Shown: piece by piece, positions 19,717 through 31,532 of the stretch
Position numbering within the stretch: position 1 is the first letter of the stretch
Layout of the letters: every line of letters begins with the position of its first letter
Source: an uncultured Bacteroidales bacterium
GTDB taxonomy: Bacteria > Bacteroidota > Bacteroidia > Bacteroidales > VadinHA17
Assembly: GCA_963806555.1 (NCBI GenBank)
Contig: CAWDYR010000011.1
Span: 2,424 to 66,423, forward strand
Direction of reading: 5' to 3'
DNA: 64,000 nucleotides
Position numbers and translations under genes: made by a program
Notes under the pieces: model-generated
Told to the model about the DNA's origin: nothing
Databases searched by the model: none
What the model saw: the letters and a program-made list of their open reading frames with translations, nothing else

Positions 19717-22174
19717 GGCTGACATCTTCAGATATTGCAACTATAGTCAAAGGACGCCTTGTTGGTTTACCCGATCTGATTGTTACTGAAATAGTTACAG
19801 ACAGCAGGCAGGTAAGCTTTGCAGAGGGTGTTGCATTTGTTGCATTAAGGGGTAAGAACCATGACGGCAGCAGGTATATAAGCGCTTTATATCAGAAGGG
19901 GGTGAAAATCTTCATTACAGGAATTATTCCCGAAGATTCTGAGGCTTATAAAGATGCAGCGTTTATTCTAAACAACGACACTACTGCTGCGCTCCAGTCG
20001 ATAGCTGCCCACATACGACGCGGTTTTAGCTTTCCGGTAATAGCCGTCACAGGAAGTACCGGAAAAACAATAGTTAAAGAGTGGCTGGCGGATGTTATCG
20101 GACTTACAGCCCCTGTTGTCAGGAGCCCGAAAAGCTATAACTCCCAGATCGGCGTTCCTCTTTCGGTTCTTAAACTTGATAGTAAATTCAGGTTCGGAAT
20201 TTTCGAAGCCGGAATTTCATTGCCTGGCGAGATGGAAAAACTGCGCGCGGTTATTGATCCGGACATAGGAATAATAACAAATATCGGAGATGCCCACAGT
20301 GAAAATTTTCCTGATAATAAGACGAAAGCGATTGAAAAGCTGAAGTTGTTTGTAAATGCCAGGATGATAATCTATTGCAGCGATCAAACACTTATCCGGG
20401 ATCTGATCCTTAACGACAGCAATTTAAGGAACAAGGAGCTTATCGACTGGTCTTTCAATAATCCGGAGGCAGCAATATTTGTAAAAATAGGGCAGATGAC
20501 CGGCCGGACAATTCTGGAGACTGTTTACAAAGGCAAGCGGTATAATTTTGAGATTCCGTTTACCGATCGTGCCTCGGTAGAAAATGCAATCACCGTATCT
20601 GCGGCATGCTTTGCCCTGGGAATAGAACCCGGGCAGATCCAGAAAGGAGTGTCGGAACTGGTGTCGGTTGCCATGAGGATGGAGATGAAGAACGGAATAA
20701 ACAATTGCCTTCTGATTGAAGATTTTTACAATTCCGATCCGGGTTCACTTGGCATGGCCCTTGAATTCCTGAAGTCACAGAAAAACAGGAAAACCACACT
20801 GATACTTTCTGATTTCATTCAGAGCGGAAGAGACGAAAAGGAACTTTACACCGAAGTTGCTGAGCTTATCAGGAAAACAGGGATTGACAGGTTTATCGGA
20901 ATAGGTCAGGCGCTTTCAGGGAATAGCTCGTGAATTCAGCCCGGGAATCCAGATTTTATTACTCAACAGATGATTTTATCCGCAGCTTCAAAAGCGCTGA
21001 ATTCAGTAATGAAATAATCCTGCTCAAGGGCGCCAGGATCTTTGAACTTGAAAAGATTGGTAAATTGCTTGAACAACAGATACATATCACTGTCCTTGAA
21101 ATTAATCTCGATGCCATTTCACATAACCTGAATGAATTCCGCAGGCTACTTAACGACGGGACCCGGATTATGGCCATGGTCAAGGCTTTTGCGTATGGCG
21201 CCGGACCGGCAGAGATTGCAGGACTGCTTGAGTACCACCGGGTCAGTTATCTTGCTGTTGCCTATACGGATGAGGGAGTGGAGCTCAGGGATGCAGGCGT
21301 CACTCTGCCGGTTATGGTAATGAATCCCGACCCTTCTTCGGCTTCGTTGATGATCAGATATAATCTGGAGCCGGAAATATACAGCTTTTCATCACTTAAG
21401 GACTTTGCGGAAGCTGCTTCAAGGCATGGTCTCTCTCAATATCCGGTTCATATTAAAATAGACACGGGAATGCACAGGCTCGGCTTTATGAGCGATGAAA
21501 TTGAGGAGCTTGCCGGCAGGATAAATAGTCTTGACTGCATCAGGATCGCTTCGGTATTTTCGCATCTCGCGGGAAGCGAAGATCCTTCGCTTGATGAGTT
21601 TACACACAAACAGGTAAGCTTTTTCCGCGAGGCTGTAAAAAAGATAAGAGCTGCCGTGGGTTATCCGTTTCTGAGGCATATTCTTAACACTGCCGGAATT
21701 GTGCGGTTTCCCCAGTACCAGTTTGATATGGTACGGCCAGGTATAGGAATTTACGGGGTCGGAAATTATAAAGGAATAAATCTTCGTCCGGTAAGCCGCT
21801 TCAAAACAAGGATCTCACAGGTTAAAAAGATCCCGGCAGGCGAGCCTGTCGGATATGGATGTGCCGATATATCAGATAAGGACCGTACTATAGCAATTCT
21901 TCCTGTAGGTTACGCTGACGGTCTTAACAGAAGGCTTGGAAACGGGAACGGTAACCTTTTTATAAAAGGAATAAGGGTACCGCTGGTGGGCAACATCTGC
22001 ATGGATATGTGCATGGCAGATGTTTCCGGGTACGGTATAGCAGAGGGTGATGAGGCAGAAATTTTTGGGCAGAATATCTCAATAGATGAGCTAGCCGAAA
22101 AATGCGGCACTATTCCGTACGAAATACTCACATCCGTACAGGGAAGGGTTAAACGGGTATTCTTCAGGGAATAG
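19713..22174 (+). CDS. alr: Bifunctional MurF / alanine racemase (frameshift near 20930)
   Basis: MurF part: [20 protein letters not shown]. Alr part: [35 protein letters not shown]. The reading frames join at 20930. Confidence 0.9.
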
Positions 22175-22181
22175 ATCCTGA

Positions 22182-22886
22182 TCACTGTCCCGATTCGCTT
22201 ATAGCTTCGAGTCTTGTGATGTTCAGGATCATGATCTTCCTTCCGTCCATTTCAATAAGCTTTTCAGTGACAAAGTTTGACAATGTGCGGATTGCGTTGG
22301 AAGTTGTCATATTTGAGAGGTGGGCAAGATCTTCCCTGGTAAGAAGAACACGCAGGGTTTTTCCGTCAGCCTCAGATCCGTAAGTATCGCGGAGCAACAG
22401 GATGGACTCGGCGATCCGTCCCCTGACATGCTTTTGAGTGAGTGATATCAGCCTGTTGTTTGAGCTGAGCAGCTCTTCGGAAATCACCTTTATGAACTTA
22501 ATTGCCAGGTCAGCATTTTGTTTGAGTATCTTAGAAAGAATGTGCTTCCCAAAGATTACAATGGTTGAATCTTCAAGCGCAGCTACAGTAAACGGATATT
22601 GATTCTCTGAAAAAAGCGACCTGTACGAAATGAAATTCTGAGGTCTCAGCATCCTTATTATCTGTTCCCTTCCACCGGCTCCCACCCTGAAGACCTTGGC
22701 TTTTCCTGATGCGAGACAAACCAGTCCGTTGGTGCGGTCGCCTTCACTTACAATTATATCTCCCTTCCTGAAATAAGCGACATCGTGGTGCTGATCTATC
22801 GCCTCCTTATCGGCAGGAGAGAGCCACTTGAAAATTGAGTTTGGCCCCTCAAGACAAATATCTATATAAGGATCCCTATATTGCAT
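22182..22886 (-). CDS. Crp/Fnr family transcriptional regulator
   Basis: cNMP-type beta-barrel domain plus HTH (LTREDLAHLSNMTTSNAIRTLS). Confidence 0.92.
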   Translation of the reverse strand: MQYRDPYIDICLEGPNSIFKWLSPADKEAIDQHHDVAYFRKGDIIVSEGDRTNGLVCLASGKAKVFRVGAGGREQIIRMLRPQNFISYRSLFSENQYPFTVAALEDSTIVIFGKHILSKILKQNADLAIKFIKVISEELLSSNNRLISLTQKHVRGRIAESILLLRDTYGSEADGKTLRVLLTREDLAHLSNMTTSNAIRTLSNFVTEKLIEMDGRKIMILNITRLEAISESGQ

Positions 22887-22891
22887 TTTCT

Positions 22892-24543
22892 TTAATATTT
22901 GGCTACCAATGGCATTCTTCTTCCATCGCCGAATGCTTTTGATGAGATTCTCAAAATGGGCGGCGCCTGATATCTTTTATATTCATTATAGTTGATCATC
23001 CCCAGGACTTTTTCAAGGACTGACCTGTCGCATCCGTTCAGTTCGATTTCATTTACAGGCCTCTGGAGTTCTATATACTGATGCAGTATCGAATCGAGTA
23101 TCTTATATTCCGGAAGGGAGTCGGTGTCGAGCTGGTCTGGTTTCAATTCAGCTGAAGGTGGTTTGCTGATTATGTTCTGCGGAATAATTTCAAAGTTCCT
23201 GTTGATGAAACGGGCAAGCTTATACACGTCTGTTTTATAGACATCGCCTATTACCGAGAGTCCTCCGGCCATATCGCCATAGAGTGTTCCGTATCCCACA
23301 GCAGCTTCGCTTTTGTTTGATGTATTGAGCAGGATAAAGCCGAACTTATTTGAATATGCCATAAGCAGGACCGCTCTTATCCTGGCCTGGATGTTCTCCT
23401 CGGTGACATCCCTGTTTTTCCCGCTGAATGCCGGCGCCAGCAATTCTTCAAATGCTGAAAAGGGTTTTTCAATGTTTATGATTTCATAACTTACATTAAG
23501 CCTCTTTGCGAGAAGAATTGAATCGCTGACCGAATGTTCTGAAGAGTAACGCGACGGCATCAGGAGAACACGTACATTTTCCTGACCAAGCGCTTCAACA
23601 GCAAGGCAGAGGCATACAGCCGAGTCAATTCCTCCGGATAGGCCCAGAACGCATTTTTTAAAGCCGGTTTTTGAGAAATAATCGCTTATCCCTGTAACAA
23701 GTGCTTTATGGATAAGTGCAACCGGCTCCGGCTCAGGATTTTGAACAGGTACGGTACCTGAAAAAATATCATCTGTCGAAAATGTCTCAACACACTCTTC
23801 GAAGTAATTCAGATGGCGGAAAATTTTCCCGTTCCGTTTATTATTATCGAAGCGCCGTCAAAGATAAGCTCGGTATTAGCTCCTGTCTGGTTCACTGATA
23901 TCACAGGTAACCTGTACTTAATGGCTTTTGAAATAAAGATATTCTCCTTTGCTTCGGTCTTGGTGTAGGAGAAGGGTGAAGCTGAGATATTAATGAGTAT
24001 GTCGGGATTTTGCTTTGCCAGCTCCTCCATTGGCGAAATTGTATAGAGCCTGGATTTCTCAAATTTATTGTCGAATGGTTGTTCATCCCAGAGATCTTCG
24101 CAAATTGTAAGCGCTATTTTCAGCCCTTTGAATGTAAATATGGAGAAGCTTTTTTCCGGTTCAAAATAACGGTATTCATCAAAGATGTCGTATGTTGGGA
24201 GTAATGCCTTGTTTGCAGTAAACACGATCTTTCCTTCCGAAAGGATAAGCGCCGAGTTGTAAAGCTTCTTGCCTTCCGGCTTCCTGTTAAAGGTAGGGGA
24301 GCCGACAATTGCTGCAATCCCCTTGCATTTTTCCGCGATTTCAGCTACTGTCTGGCTGCATTTTTCAACAAAGTCGGCGTGATCAAGCAGGTCAAGGGGC
24401 GGATAACCAGGAATACATAACTCCGAAAAAACCACCAGATCAGCCCCGTCTGCCTTTGCTTTATTGATTGCCCTGCATATCAGATCCTTGTTACCAGAAA
24501 AATTTCCAACATGATAATTTAGCTGTGCTATTGTAATCTTCAT
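22892..24543 (-). CDS. nadE: Glutamine-dependent NAD+ synthetase (one frameshift near 23820)
   Basis: Nitrilase domain (FSEL..PGYPP, ICEDLW) and synthetase domain (LGLSGGIDS, NIQARIR, NKSEAAVGY, PPSAEL). Confidence 0.93.
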
Positions 24544-24552
24544 ACTCTATTA

Positions 24553-25248
24553 CTAGAAATTAAGTCCGAAAATGAATTTCAGGAACTTTTGTGAGGTGCG
24601 GTCCACTTTCTGTTCACTGACATCTTTTGTAACGTCAAGAAAATTGTTTTCGAAGCCCAGACCGAGAACCAGGGAAATATTTCCATTTAGGGAATAATCA
24701 ATACCGGCATTGAAATGATACCCCAGGTTAAATCTTCTTATCTCAGTCATGGCTTTCGCCCCTTTTATATCTATGGATGGAATATCAACCCTGCCCCGTA
24801 CAACTACTTTCGGGTCAATGCCAAGTTCCCCGAAATAGGAGAAAAGACCCATCTCATAGGTTTTATACTTTAAACCTGCAGGAATAACCAGATAACGGAT
24901 GTGGTAAACAACCGGATTGTTGGCGGCTACGGTTGATGTGTGACTGGGAAATCTGAAAAATGTGGACTGGCTGCTTACCAGCCTGCCGCCTGAACTGAGA
25001 AGGTTTACCCCACATGTAGCTGAAAACCTCTCACTTAAGTACCTTTCAGCTGTTATGTTAAAGTTAAATCCCGCCCTCGATCCTTCATTTTTTACTTCAT
25101 CTATGTCGGTTTTAAACCACGATATCAGAGGGCTTATATAAATGCCAACCCTGTAATCCTGGGCATTCGCTATTTTACCTGAAAGTAAAAAGAACGACAA
25201 CAATAAGAGAGCCCAGTAACCTGTTTTTAAGCTTTTAAATGATCTCAT
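24553..25248 (-). CDS. Outer-membrane beta-barrel (porin family, PorT-like)
   Basis: Signal peptide, amphipathic strands, YLVIPAGLKY and terminal FIFGLNF. Confidence 0.8.
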   Translation of the reverse strand: MRSFKSLKTGYWALLLLSFFLLSGKIANAQDYRVGIYISPLISWFKTDIDEVKNEGSRAGFNFNITAERYLSERFSATCGVNLLSSGGRLVSSQSTFFRFPSHTSTVAANNPVVYHIRYLVIPAGLKYKTYEMGLFSYFGELGIDPKVVVRGRVDIPSIDIKGAKAMTEIRRFNLGYHFNAGIDYSLNGNISLVLGLGFENNFLDVTKDVSEQKVDRTSQKFLKFIFGLNF

Positions 25249-25365
25249 ATCTTAAGATTAATTACATAGTCTGCTTTGATCCTCAACCGGCGCTACGAAA
25301 TCCTTCCGTCAACTTATTTACAGATCACAAAATTAGCAAATAATAAGGAATGTCTGAGATACGTT

Positions 25366-25384
25366 ATTAATTGTCACAATTAAT
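25366..25384. promoter_or_regulatory. Perfect 9-1-9 palindrome, candidate operator
   Basis: ATTAATTGT-C-ACAATTAAT between the divergent porin-nadE-crp and gldB genes. Confidence 0.4.
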
Positions 25385-25419
25385 TCAAAAGTAGCTATTT
25401 TAGCCTGTAAATTAACCTC

Positions 25420-26442
25420 ATGAAATTCCGGTACTTCTTATTGCTTCCCTCGTTGTTGTTCTTCACCTTCTTCTCTTCGTGCAGGAGGGATCATTATAAA
25501 GTCAAAACATCTGACATTAAGGTTGATATTGTCATCAACCGGCTTGAGAAGGATCTTTTTACCGCGGACCCTGAAGCGATCCCGGCGAAGATCCCGGAGC
25601 TGAAAGAAAAGTACAATGGATTTCTGCAGCTGTTCAGCTTTGTTATCAACACGGGAGATATTAACGCTTCGTCGTTTGGAGATTTTCTGGTCAGATTCTG
25701 CACCGACAGGCAGAATAATGATGCTTACGAATTAACGATGAAGCTTTTCCCCGATGTTGATGACATTGAAAAGCGCCTGGAGGATGCTTTCCGTCATTAT
25801 TTGTATTACTTCCCGGGTAAAAATGTACCTGAAGTCTATACCTGCATAACAGGATTCAACACCAGCATTATAACCGGGGATTCTGTCCTTGGGATCGGGC
25901 TTGAAAGGTACCTTGGGGCTGACTGCAAATATTACAGGCAGCTCGAGATATATAATTACATATCTGCCAGGATGACTCCGTTATATATTCTTCCCGACTG
26001 CCTTTACGGGTGGGGCGCTTCGGAGTGGGATTTTGGCATGCTGGATTACCCTGAAGACAATGTACTTGCAGAGGTTATTCATGAGGGGAAGCTGAGATAT
26101 TTTGAGAAATGCATGCTGCCGGAAACTCCTGACAATATAATATTCGGATTTACTCCTGATCAGATGAAATTCTGTTTAAATAATGAAGCCAGGATGTGGT
26201 TGTATCTGGTGGAGAATGACCTTGTTTTCAGTACCGACAAGTTCACCATCAGAAAGCTTATCGGAGAGGCTCCTTTCACGAGTTACTTTACCAATGAATC
26301 ACCCGGAAGGGCTGCCGGCTGGATCGGGTTCAGGATTGTTGAGTCGTTCATGATGAAAAACCAGGGAGCAAGCTTAAGCAACCTTATGGAAAATACAGAT
26401 ATTCAGGATATTCTGGAAAAGGCAAAATACAACCCAAAATAA
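25420..26442 (+). CDS. gldB: GldB-like lipoprotein
   Basis: Lipobox FFSSC, IGLERYLG, EGKLRY, EAPFT and ESPGRAAGWIGFRIV motifs, close to nadE. Confidence 0.8.
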   Translation: MKFRYFLLLPSLLFFTFFSSCRRDHYKVKTSDIKVDIVINRLEKDLFTADPEAIPAKIPELKEKYNGFLQLFSFVINTGDINASSFGDFLVRFCTDRQNNDAYELTMKLFPDVDDIEKRLEDAFRHYLYYFPGKNVPEVYTCITGFNTSIITGDSVLGIGLERYLGADCKYYRQLEIYNYISARMTPLYILPDCLYGWGASEWDFGMLDYPEDNVLAEVIHEGKLRYFEKCMLPETPDNIIFGFTPDQMKFCLNNEARMWLYLVENDLVFSTDKFTIRKLIGEAPFTSYFTNESPGRAAGWIGFRIVESFMMKNQGASLSNLMENTDIQDILEKAKYNPK

Positions 26443-26470
26443 AAAAGGGGGCTATGAGCCCCCTTTTTTT
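26442..26470. terminator. Bidirectional intrinsic terminator
   Basis: AAAAAAGGGGGCT-ATG-AGCCCCCTTTTTTT between convergent genes. Confidence 0.88.
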
Positions 26471-26484
26471 GATCATACAATTTC

Positions 26485-26652
26485 TTATTCGGGATGAATA
26501 GCCTCTACGGGGCAAACATCAGCACATGCACCGCAATCAGTGCATATATCCGGATCAATTTTATAGATGTCACCTTCTGATATCGCTTCCACAGGGCATT
26601 CATCAATGCATGTTCCGCAAGCCGTACAATCATCATTAATTTTATAAGCCAT
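26485..26652 (-). CDS. 2x[4Fe-4S] clostridial-type ferredoxin
   Basis: Manual translation MAYKINDDCTACGTCIDECPVEAISEGDIYKIDPDICTDCGACADVCPVEAIHPE (55 aa, two CxxCxxCxxxCP motifs). Confidence 0.95.
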   Translation of the reverse strand: MAYKINDDCTACGTCIDECPVEAISEGDIYKIDPDICTDCGACADVCPVEAIHPE

Positions 26653-26747
26653 TTCTATTTATTTTAATTAATTTATAATACCAGTCCTGCAAACATATTC
26701 TAAATTTTTCAATTGAAAAAGGATCTTTGCAAGAAATCTGAATTTTC

Positions 26748-27959
26748 TCAATAACCGACCGGGTTTTCTGTACTGAAATTGACAATCAGCCACGACATAT
26801 TTGCCACGCCGGTCTCAAGGCCATCTTCATCCAGATCAAATTCCGGGGTATGCAGCTTTTTCATTTCAACGTCTTTCTTTTTTATTCCGACCCTGAAATA
26901 CAAAGAAGGTGCCAAAGATGAATAAAATGAAAAATCATCTGAACTCATCCGTGTTTCCGAAAATATTTCCACCTTTTCCTTTCCCAGTAGTTCACTGCTC
27001 AGTCCGGCGGCTCTGGCTGTAAGCGCTTCATTATTCACAAGAACGGGATATCCTTTTTCGATCCTGACATTTATGGCTACCCCCGTTGCCCGGGCAATTT
27101 CATCAGAAACTGAGCTGATCAGTTTCTGCGCCTCGAGTCTCCAGTTCTCGCTGAAAGTCCGGAAAGTGCCTGCGATCTCAACAGTTTCGGGGATGACGTT
27201 TGTTGCCCCTTCACCCGTGATCTTACCAATGCCCAATACGGTCGGAATCCCGTTTTCTGCCTGTTTTCTTGCAACTTCATCCTTCAGCCCGACTATTAGT
27301 TTTGATGCAATATAGATCTGATCGGTTGTTAATGCAGGATGTGCTGCATGACCTCCCTTCCCCGATACTGTTAAATAGATTTCGTCGCATGATGCCATAT
27401 ACCGGCCTGACCTGTATCCGACTTTACCTGTTTCAAGCTCGGGAAGTATATGCTGGGCGAGAATTATATCAGGTCTGGGGGTATTTAGCTCCCCCGAATC
27501 TATAATCAGTTTTGCTCCTCCGGGTGATTTCTCCTCACCAGGCTGAAAAATAAAGAGGACTGTTCCTCCGAAATGATTTTTTATTTCAGAAATTACCCTG
27601 ATGGTACCAAGGAGCATTGCCATATGCGCATCGTGCCCGCAGGCATGCATCCTGCCAGTATTGATACTTTTAAAGGCGGTATCATTTTTTTCCGTAACAG
27701 GCAATGCATCCATTTCAGCCCTGACAGCTATCACTTTTCCATTTTCCCTTAATCCGTCAATCCTGGCAATTATCCCGGTACCTGCAACACCGTTCCGGAA
27801 GCTGATATTGTGCTCTTTCAGATATCCTTCAATAAATGAGGCGGTATTATATTCCTGATATGATAATTCAGGATTTCTATGAAAATGGCGGCGAAGTTCA
27901 ATAACTTCATCTTTAAATAAAAATGATTTATGTAAGATAATTTCCTTTATCCCCGTCAT
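26748..27959 (-). CDS. M20D family amidohydrolase
   Basis: HRNPELS, RAEMDALP, MHACGHDAH, FQPGEE, GKGGHAA and LHTPEF motifs. Confidence 0.93.
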   Translation of the reverse strand: MTGIKEIILHKSFLFKDEVIELRRHFHRNPELSYQEYNTASFIEGYLKEHNISFRNGVAGTGIIARIDGLRENGKVIAVRAEMDALPVTEKNDTAFKSINTGRMHACGHDAHMAMLLGTIRVISEIKNHFGGTVLFIFQPGEEKSPGGAKLIIDSGELNTPRPDIILAQHILPELETGKVGYRSGRYMASCDEIYLTVSGKGGHAAHPALTTDQIYIASKLIVGLKDEVARKQAENGIPTVLGIGKITGEGATNVIPETVEIAGTFRTFSENWRLEAQKLISSVSDEIARATGVAINVRIEKGYPVLVNNEALTARAAGLSSELLGKEKVEIFSETRMSSDDFSFYSSLAPSLYFRVGIKKKDVEMKKLHTPEFDLDEDGLETGVANMSWLIVNFSTENPVGY

Positions 27960-27976
27960 GTCAATGGTTGGATTTT

Positions 27977-30900
27977 TTAAAAGTCGAGGCTGAACGACAG
28001 ATAGAATATCCTTGGCAGGACAAATCTGTTTTCGATACCCCAGGCCCAGTCAGCCCTTATAAAGTAACCCATTAACTGCGCTCTCAGTCCTGCGCCGAAA
28101 CCAGCCACGATTGGTTCCCTGTTTGAATTAAGGGTAACGGTTATGGGTCCGTTCCTGAAAACTTCGGTATCATAGGCATTATCTCCCGACCAGGGGCTTT
28201 TACCGGTCCAGGCGGTGCCGATATCTCCAAAGCCGACTACCTGGAGGCTGTTCAGGAAATTAGAGCGCAGGGGATGACCGGCAAAATATCTTATAAAGGG
28301 CCATCTTATCTCGCTGTTTATCAAGGCGAAACTATTTCCGTTCCTTATATTCTGGGTAAATCCCCTCATATTGGTTGCAAGGGTCTGAAAGCCATAATTC
28401 TCCCTCGGATTTACAGGTATAGTAGTGTCGAACATAGGATACTTGCTGAAAAGATACCCCATCCAGTTATCAACTCCTCCGAGATAATATACAAGTTTTG
28501 TAGGTCCGAATGAGGTGCTCGCTGCAAAACGGTTTGCCCAGATCAGTTCCCTGTGGATCCGCGTATAATGCCTGAAGTCGCCACCCACAACGAACATATC
28601 CGATTTTTTGCTTGTTATCTGGCGGTAATATTCACCGAAGATCTTAAACCTTGTACCAAAATAGATATTCACACTCCGTTTACGGGTATTGTCGTAGATG
28701 ACCTCACCTTTAAGGCTTGCCCAGTGTTTGGAGAATGAACCTGCAGCAAGAGAGGCAATGTCCTGCGACAGAGTTACATGGCGGTCGAATCTGTATGCCA
28801 GCGTGCCCCTCAGCGCAAGCACAGGAGTTATAGGCCTGGCAAATGACAGGTAGACATTGTGGGTGTGTGATTTGAACAGGTCAGTATCATTGGTGCTGAA
28901 ATAGGCTTGCCGGTGGAAAATGAGCTGCTTGTCAAACTTGCCTTTAAGGTTCTCAAAGCTCAGAAGGTATTCGTTGCTGTCGAAGTTCCCCGAGAACCTG
29001 AATCCTGCTGTCAGCCTGTAATCTTCAAAGAGATCCAGTATTCCGAACCTTGTCAGCATATTTATGCCGGGATTAAAGTATGGTGCGCCGCCATTGAACA
29101 CCTGGTAGGAATTATTCAGGAATGTGAAATCGATCTGGTTGGCAACATAGTTATTGTAAAAGGAGGTCTCATAGATCCTTATAAGTGGAAGATCGATCAC
29201 CCCTGTATCAAGATCAATGTTCATGTATTCTTTACGCCATTGCTGTTCATAAAAATTCTGTTTTTCCTTCTCGAAGATATAGTGGTTTATATCGATCGGC
29301 TCCTTCATTGTGAAGTATTCGTACAAAGGTTTGGTGAGAGTATCCCGTCTCTTCCTGTCCTCGGCAATAAGCCACTTCCTGATCTGGTCTATGCTGTCTT
29401 TTTTATGAAATAGTTTATCCTGTTCCTTCCTGAAATTGCTTTTAATTATCTCGTTTGGAGGTACAGGCTTCAGATTGCCCAGGGAGCCTTTCCTCAGCTC
29501 GAATTTGCTTTTCTGGAATATTACTTCCCCGAAGTTGCCAGAGGCATTTAAAACCGATTGATCCAGAATATTACGGTCATAATTGGTTACCGGGACCGAA
29601 TTTATAAAATAACGGTAATGCGTTGTAGTGTCTACAAAACTTATTGAACTGTCGAATACAGCTGTATACCTGTTCAAAACTCCGTTTTTGTCACCGATGT
29701 ACGCGAATCTGTTCCTTCCTGTCTCTGAGGCCTGGTACCTGCTTGAGTACTGACCTTCTGAAAGGCGCATCAAAACATTGTTTTTAGTGTCAATATTGTA
29801 GGTGAAAAGGTCATAGTTATCCGAAATTTTTTCAAAAGGATTTCCTGTATTGGTCAGGGTATCATTTAACCGGTTTGAAGAGAATACAATGTTTCCCGGG
29901 GAATTTTTAAGGTATGAAGGATCCAGGTCATCGGCAACATCTCTTGTGATTTGCTCATTGGTGCCCGATGATATGGTATGGACATAAATATCGGTTATGG
30001 CATCCTTTACGGCCGAGAGCACAATTTTTGATCCTTCGGGGGAATAGTCAAAGCTCAGAACTTTATCGAAATAAAGCAGATTCCTTTCTTCAGTCTTTTT
30101 CTCATCAATCCTGTAAAAATAAATTACCATTCCGGCCTTTTCCTCATTTATAAAGGTGAATATCCTGCTGCTTGGATGCCATGCAATTACAGGGTAGGTA
30201 TTATCGGTTTTGTGTTCATATTTCGGTTCAGCCCTGAAAATTATCTTTTGTTTTCCCGTGGTCTGGTCATAGAGCCAAACCTTCTTTCTTCCCCAGTCGT
30301 TGGTAACGTAGGCTATGTATTTTCCGTCGGGACTGATCTTTACCTGCTGGTATATCTGTTCCTTTTTTGATTTCCTGACAATATTTTCATCATCGGCAGG
30401 AAGATTCTGGTCGGCCGAATATTCCTGATTATAATATTCTTTCCATTCTTTAAGCAGATCCTTCAGCTTGACTCCGAGGACATAGAGAAATCCGTCATCT
30501 ATATTCTTATATACTTTGGTCAGATAGATAATATTGGGCATGATCGCGTCTCCGTATTTTCTGCCTATAAATCGCCAGAATGACTGGCCGGCATAAATTG
30601 CGTCATCAAATTCGAGATGACTTATCTTCTTATACTTGCCTGATTTTATCCCGTCCTTGACCCTGTTCTCCACATCATAATCCCAGCCATAGGAAACGTA
30701 GTTGATAAGGCCTTTTAGGTACCAGTCGGGCATATAGATGAGGGAGGAGCTGGAAACACGGTCCTTGAAATCAGCATTATAAAGCATTTCGTTGATTATG
30801 ACCTCAGTAATCGATTCAGCTATCTGCTTTTGAAAAGCAAGGTGGTCACCTTCATAATACAAGCATTACCTTGTTCTTTATTATCCGGCTGAACCCTCCT

Positions 30901-31259
30901 GTGTTATAGCTCTCTTCATCAAAGGTTACAAGGCCTATATTCGACTGGCGGTATTCATTATTCTTATTATAAATAATGAATATCAGTCTTTTTTCAAGAG
31001 TATAGTCAAAATAATCCTCTATTTCGTCAAGTTTTTTCAGTGCATAGTCAGCAGTAAATTGAGCCAGATCGCGGCCGTATTCATTAAAATAACAGTCAAA
31101 ATCTTCAAACCTGTAATACGACCAGTAATAGTCATAATACTGGACCCGGTTCTTTCCGAAAGGCATCTGAAGACCATTATAGAACTGGCCCTCCGCTTCA
31201 GGGAAGAGCATGCATGCAATTATGATAAATAAAAATCTGTAAGTATTTCTCATTATCAA
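27977..31259 (-). CDS. Large outer-membrane protein: degenerate peptidase-like N-terminus, PD40/TolB-like propeller and Omp85-like barrel (one +1 frameshift near 30860)
   Basis: Signal peptide and FGKNRVQY. Propeller repeats ISPDGKYIAY, AWHPSS and DYSPEGSKI. C-terminal TNMRGF, RADWAWG and terminal SLDF. Confidence 0.7.
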
Positions 31260-31532
31260 TACTTTCAGGAAACAGGACGGATATTGACCCGCAAATTACG
31301 TTCCAAATGGCCATAGCCACAGGACAAAACTAAGATATTCTTTAATAAAAAGAATAAGAAGATCAAACTTTATTATTTTTGTGCAGAAGTTATTCATTGT
31401 TTAAATTGGTCTGATTTTTGTAATTCAGTAGGAAAATAAATTTGATAAAAACTTGTTATATAATCGTTTTAACAATTTATTTTAAAAACGGTTTAATTTT
31501 GATAAGCATCCTGAAAACAAAAACTTAAAAAT

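Noticed and set aside
20925-20945. Programmed frameshift or true split between murF and alr
   Set aside because: There is no slippery site, the break falls inside the MurF C-terminal domain, and it fits the window-wide indel pattern.
25250-25330. Riboswitch in the leader of porin-nadE
   Set aside because: No recognisable aptamer motif or expression platform by eye. An Rfam cmscan would settle it.
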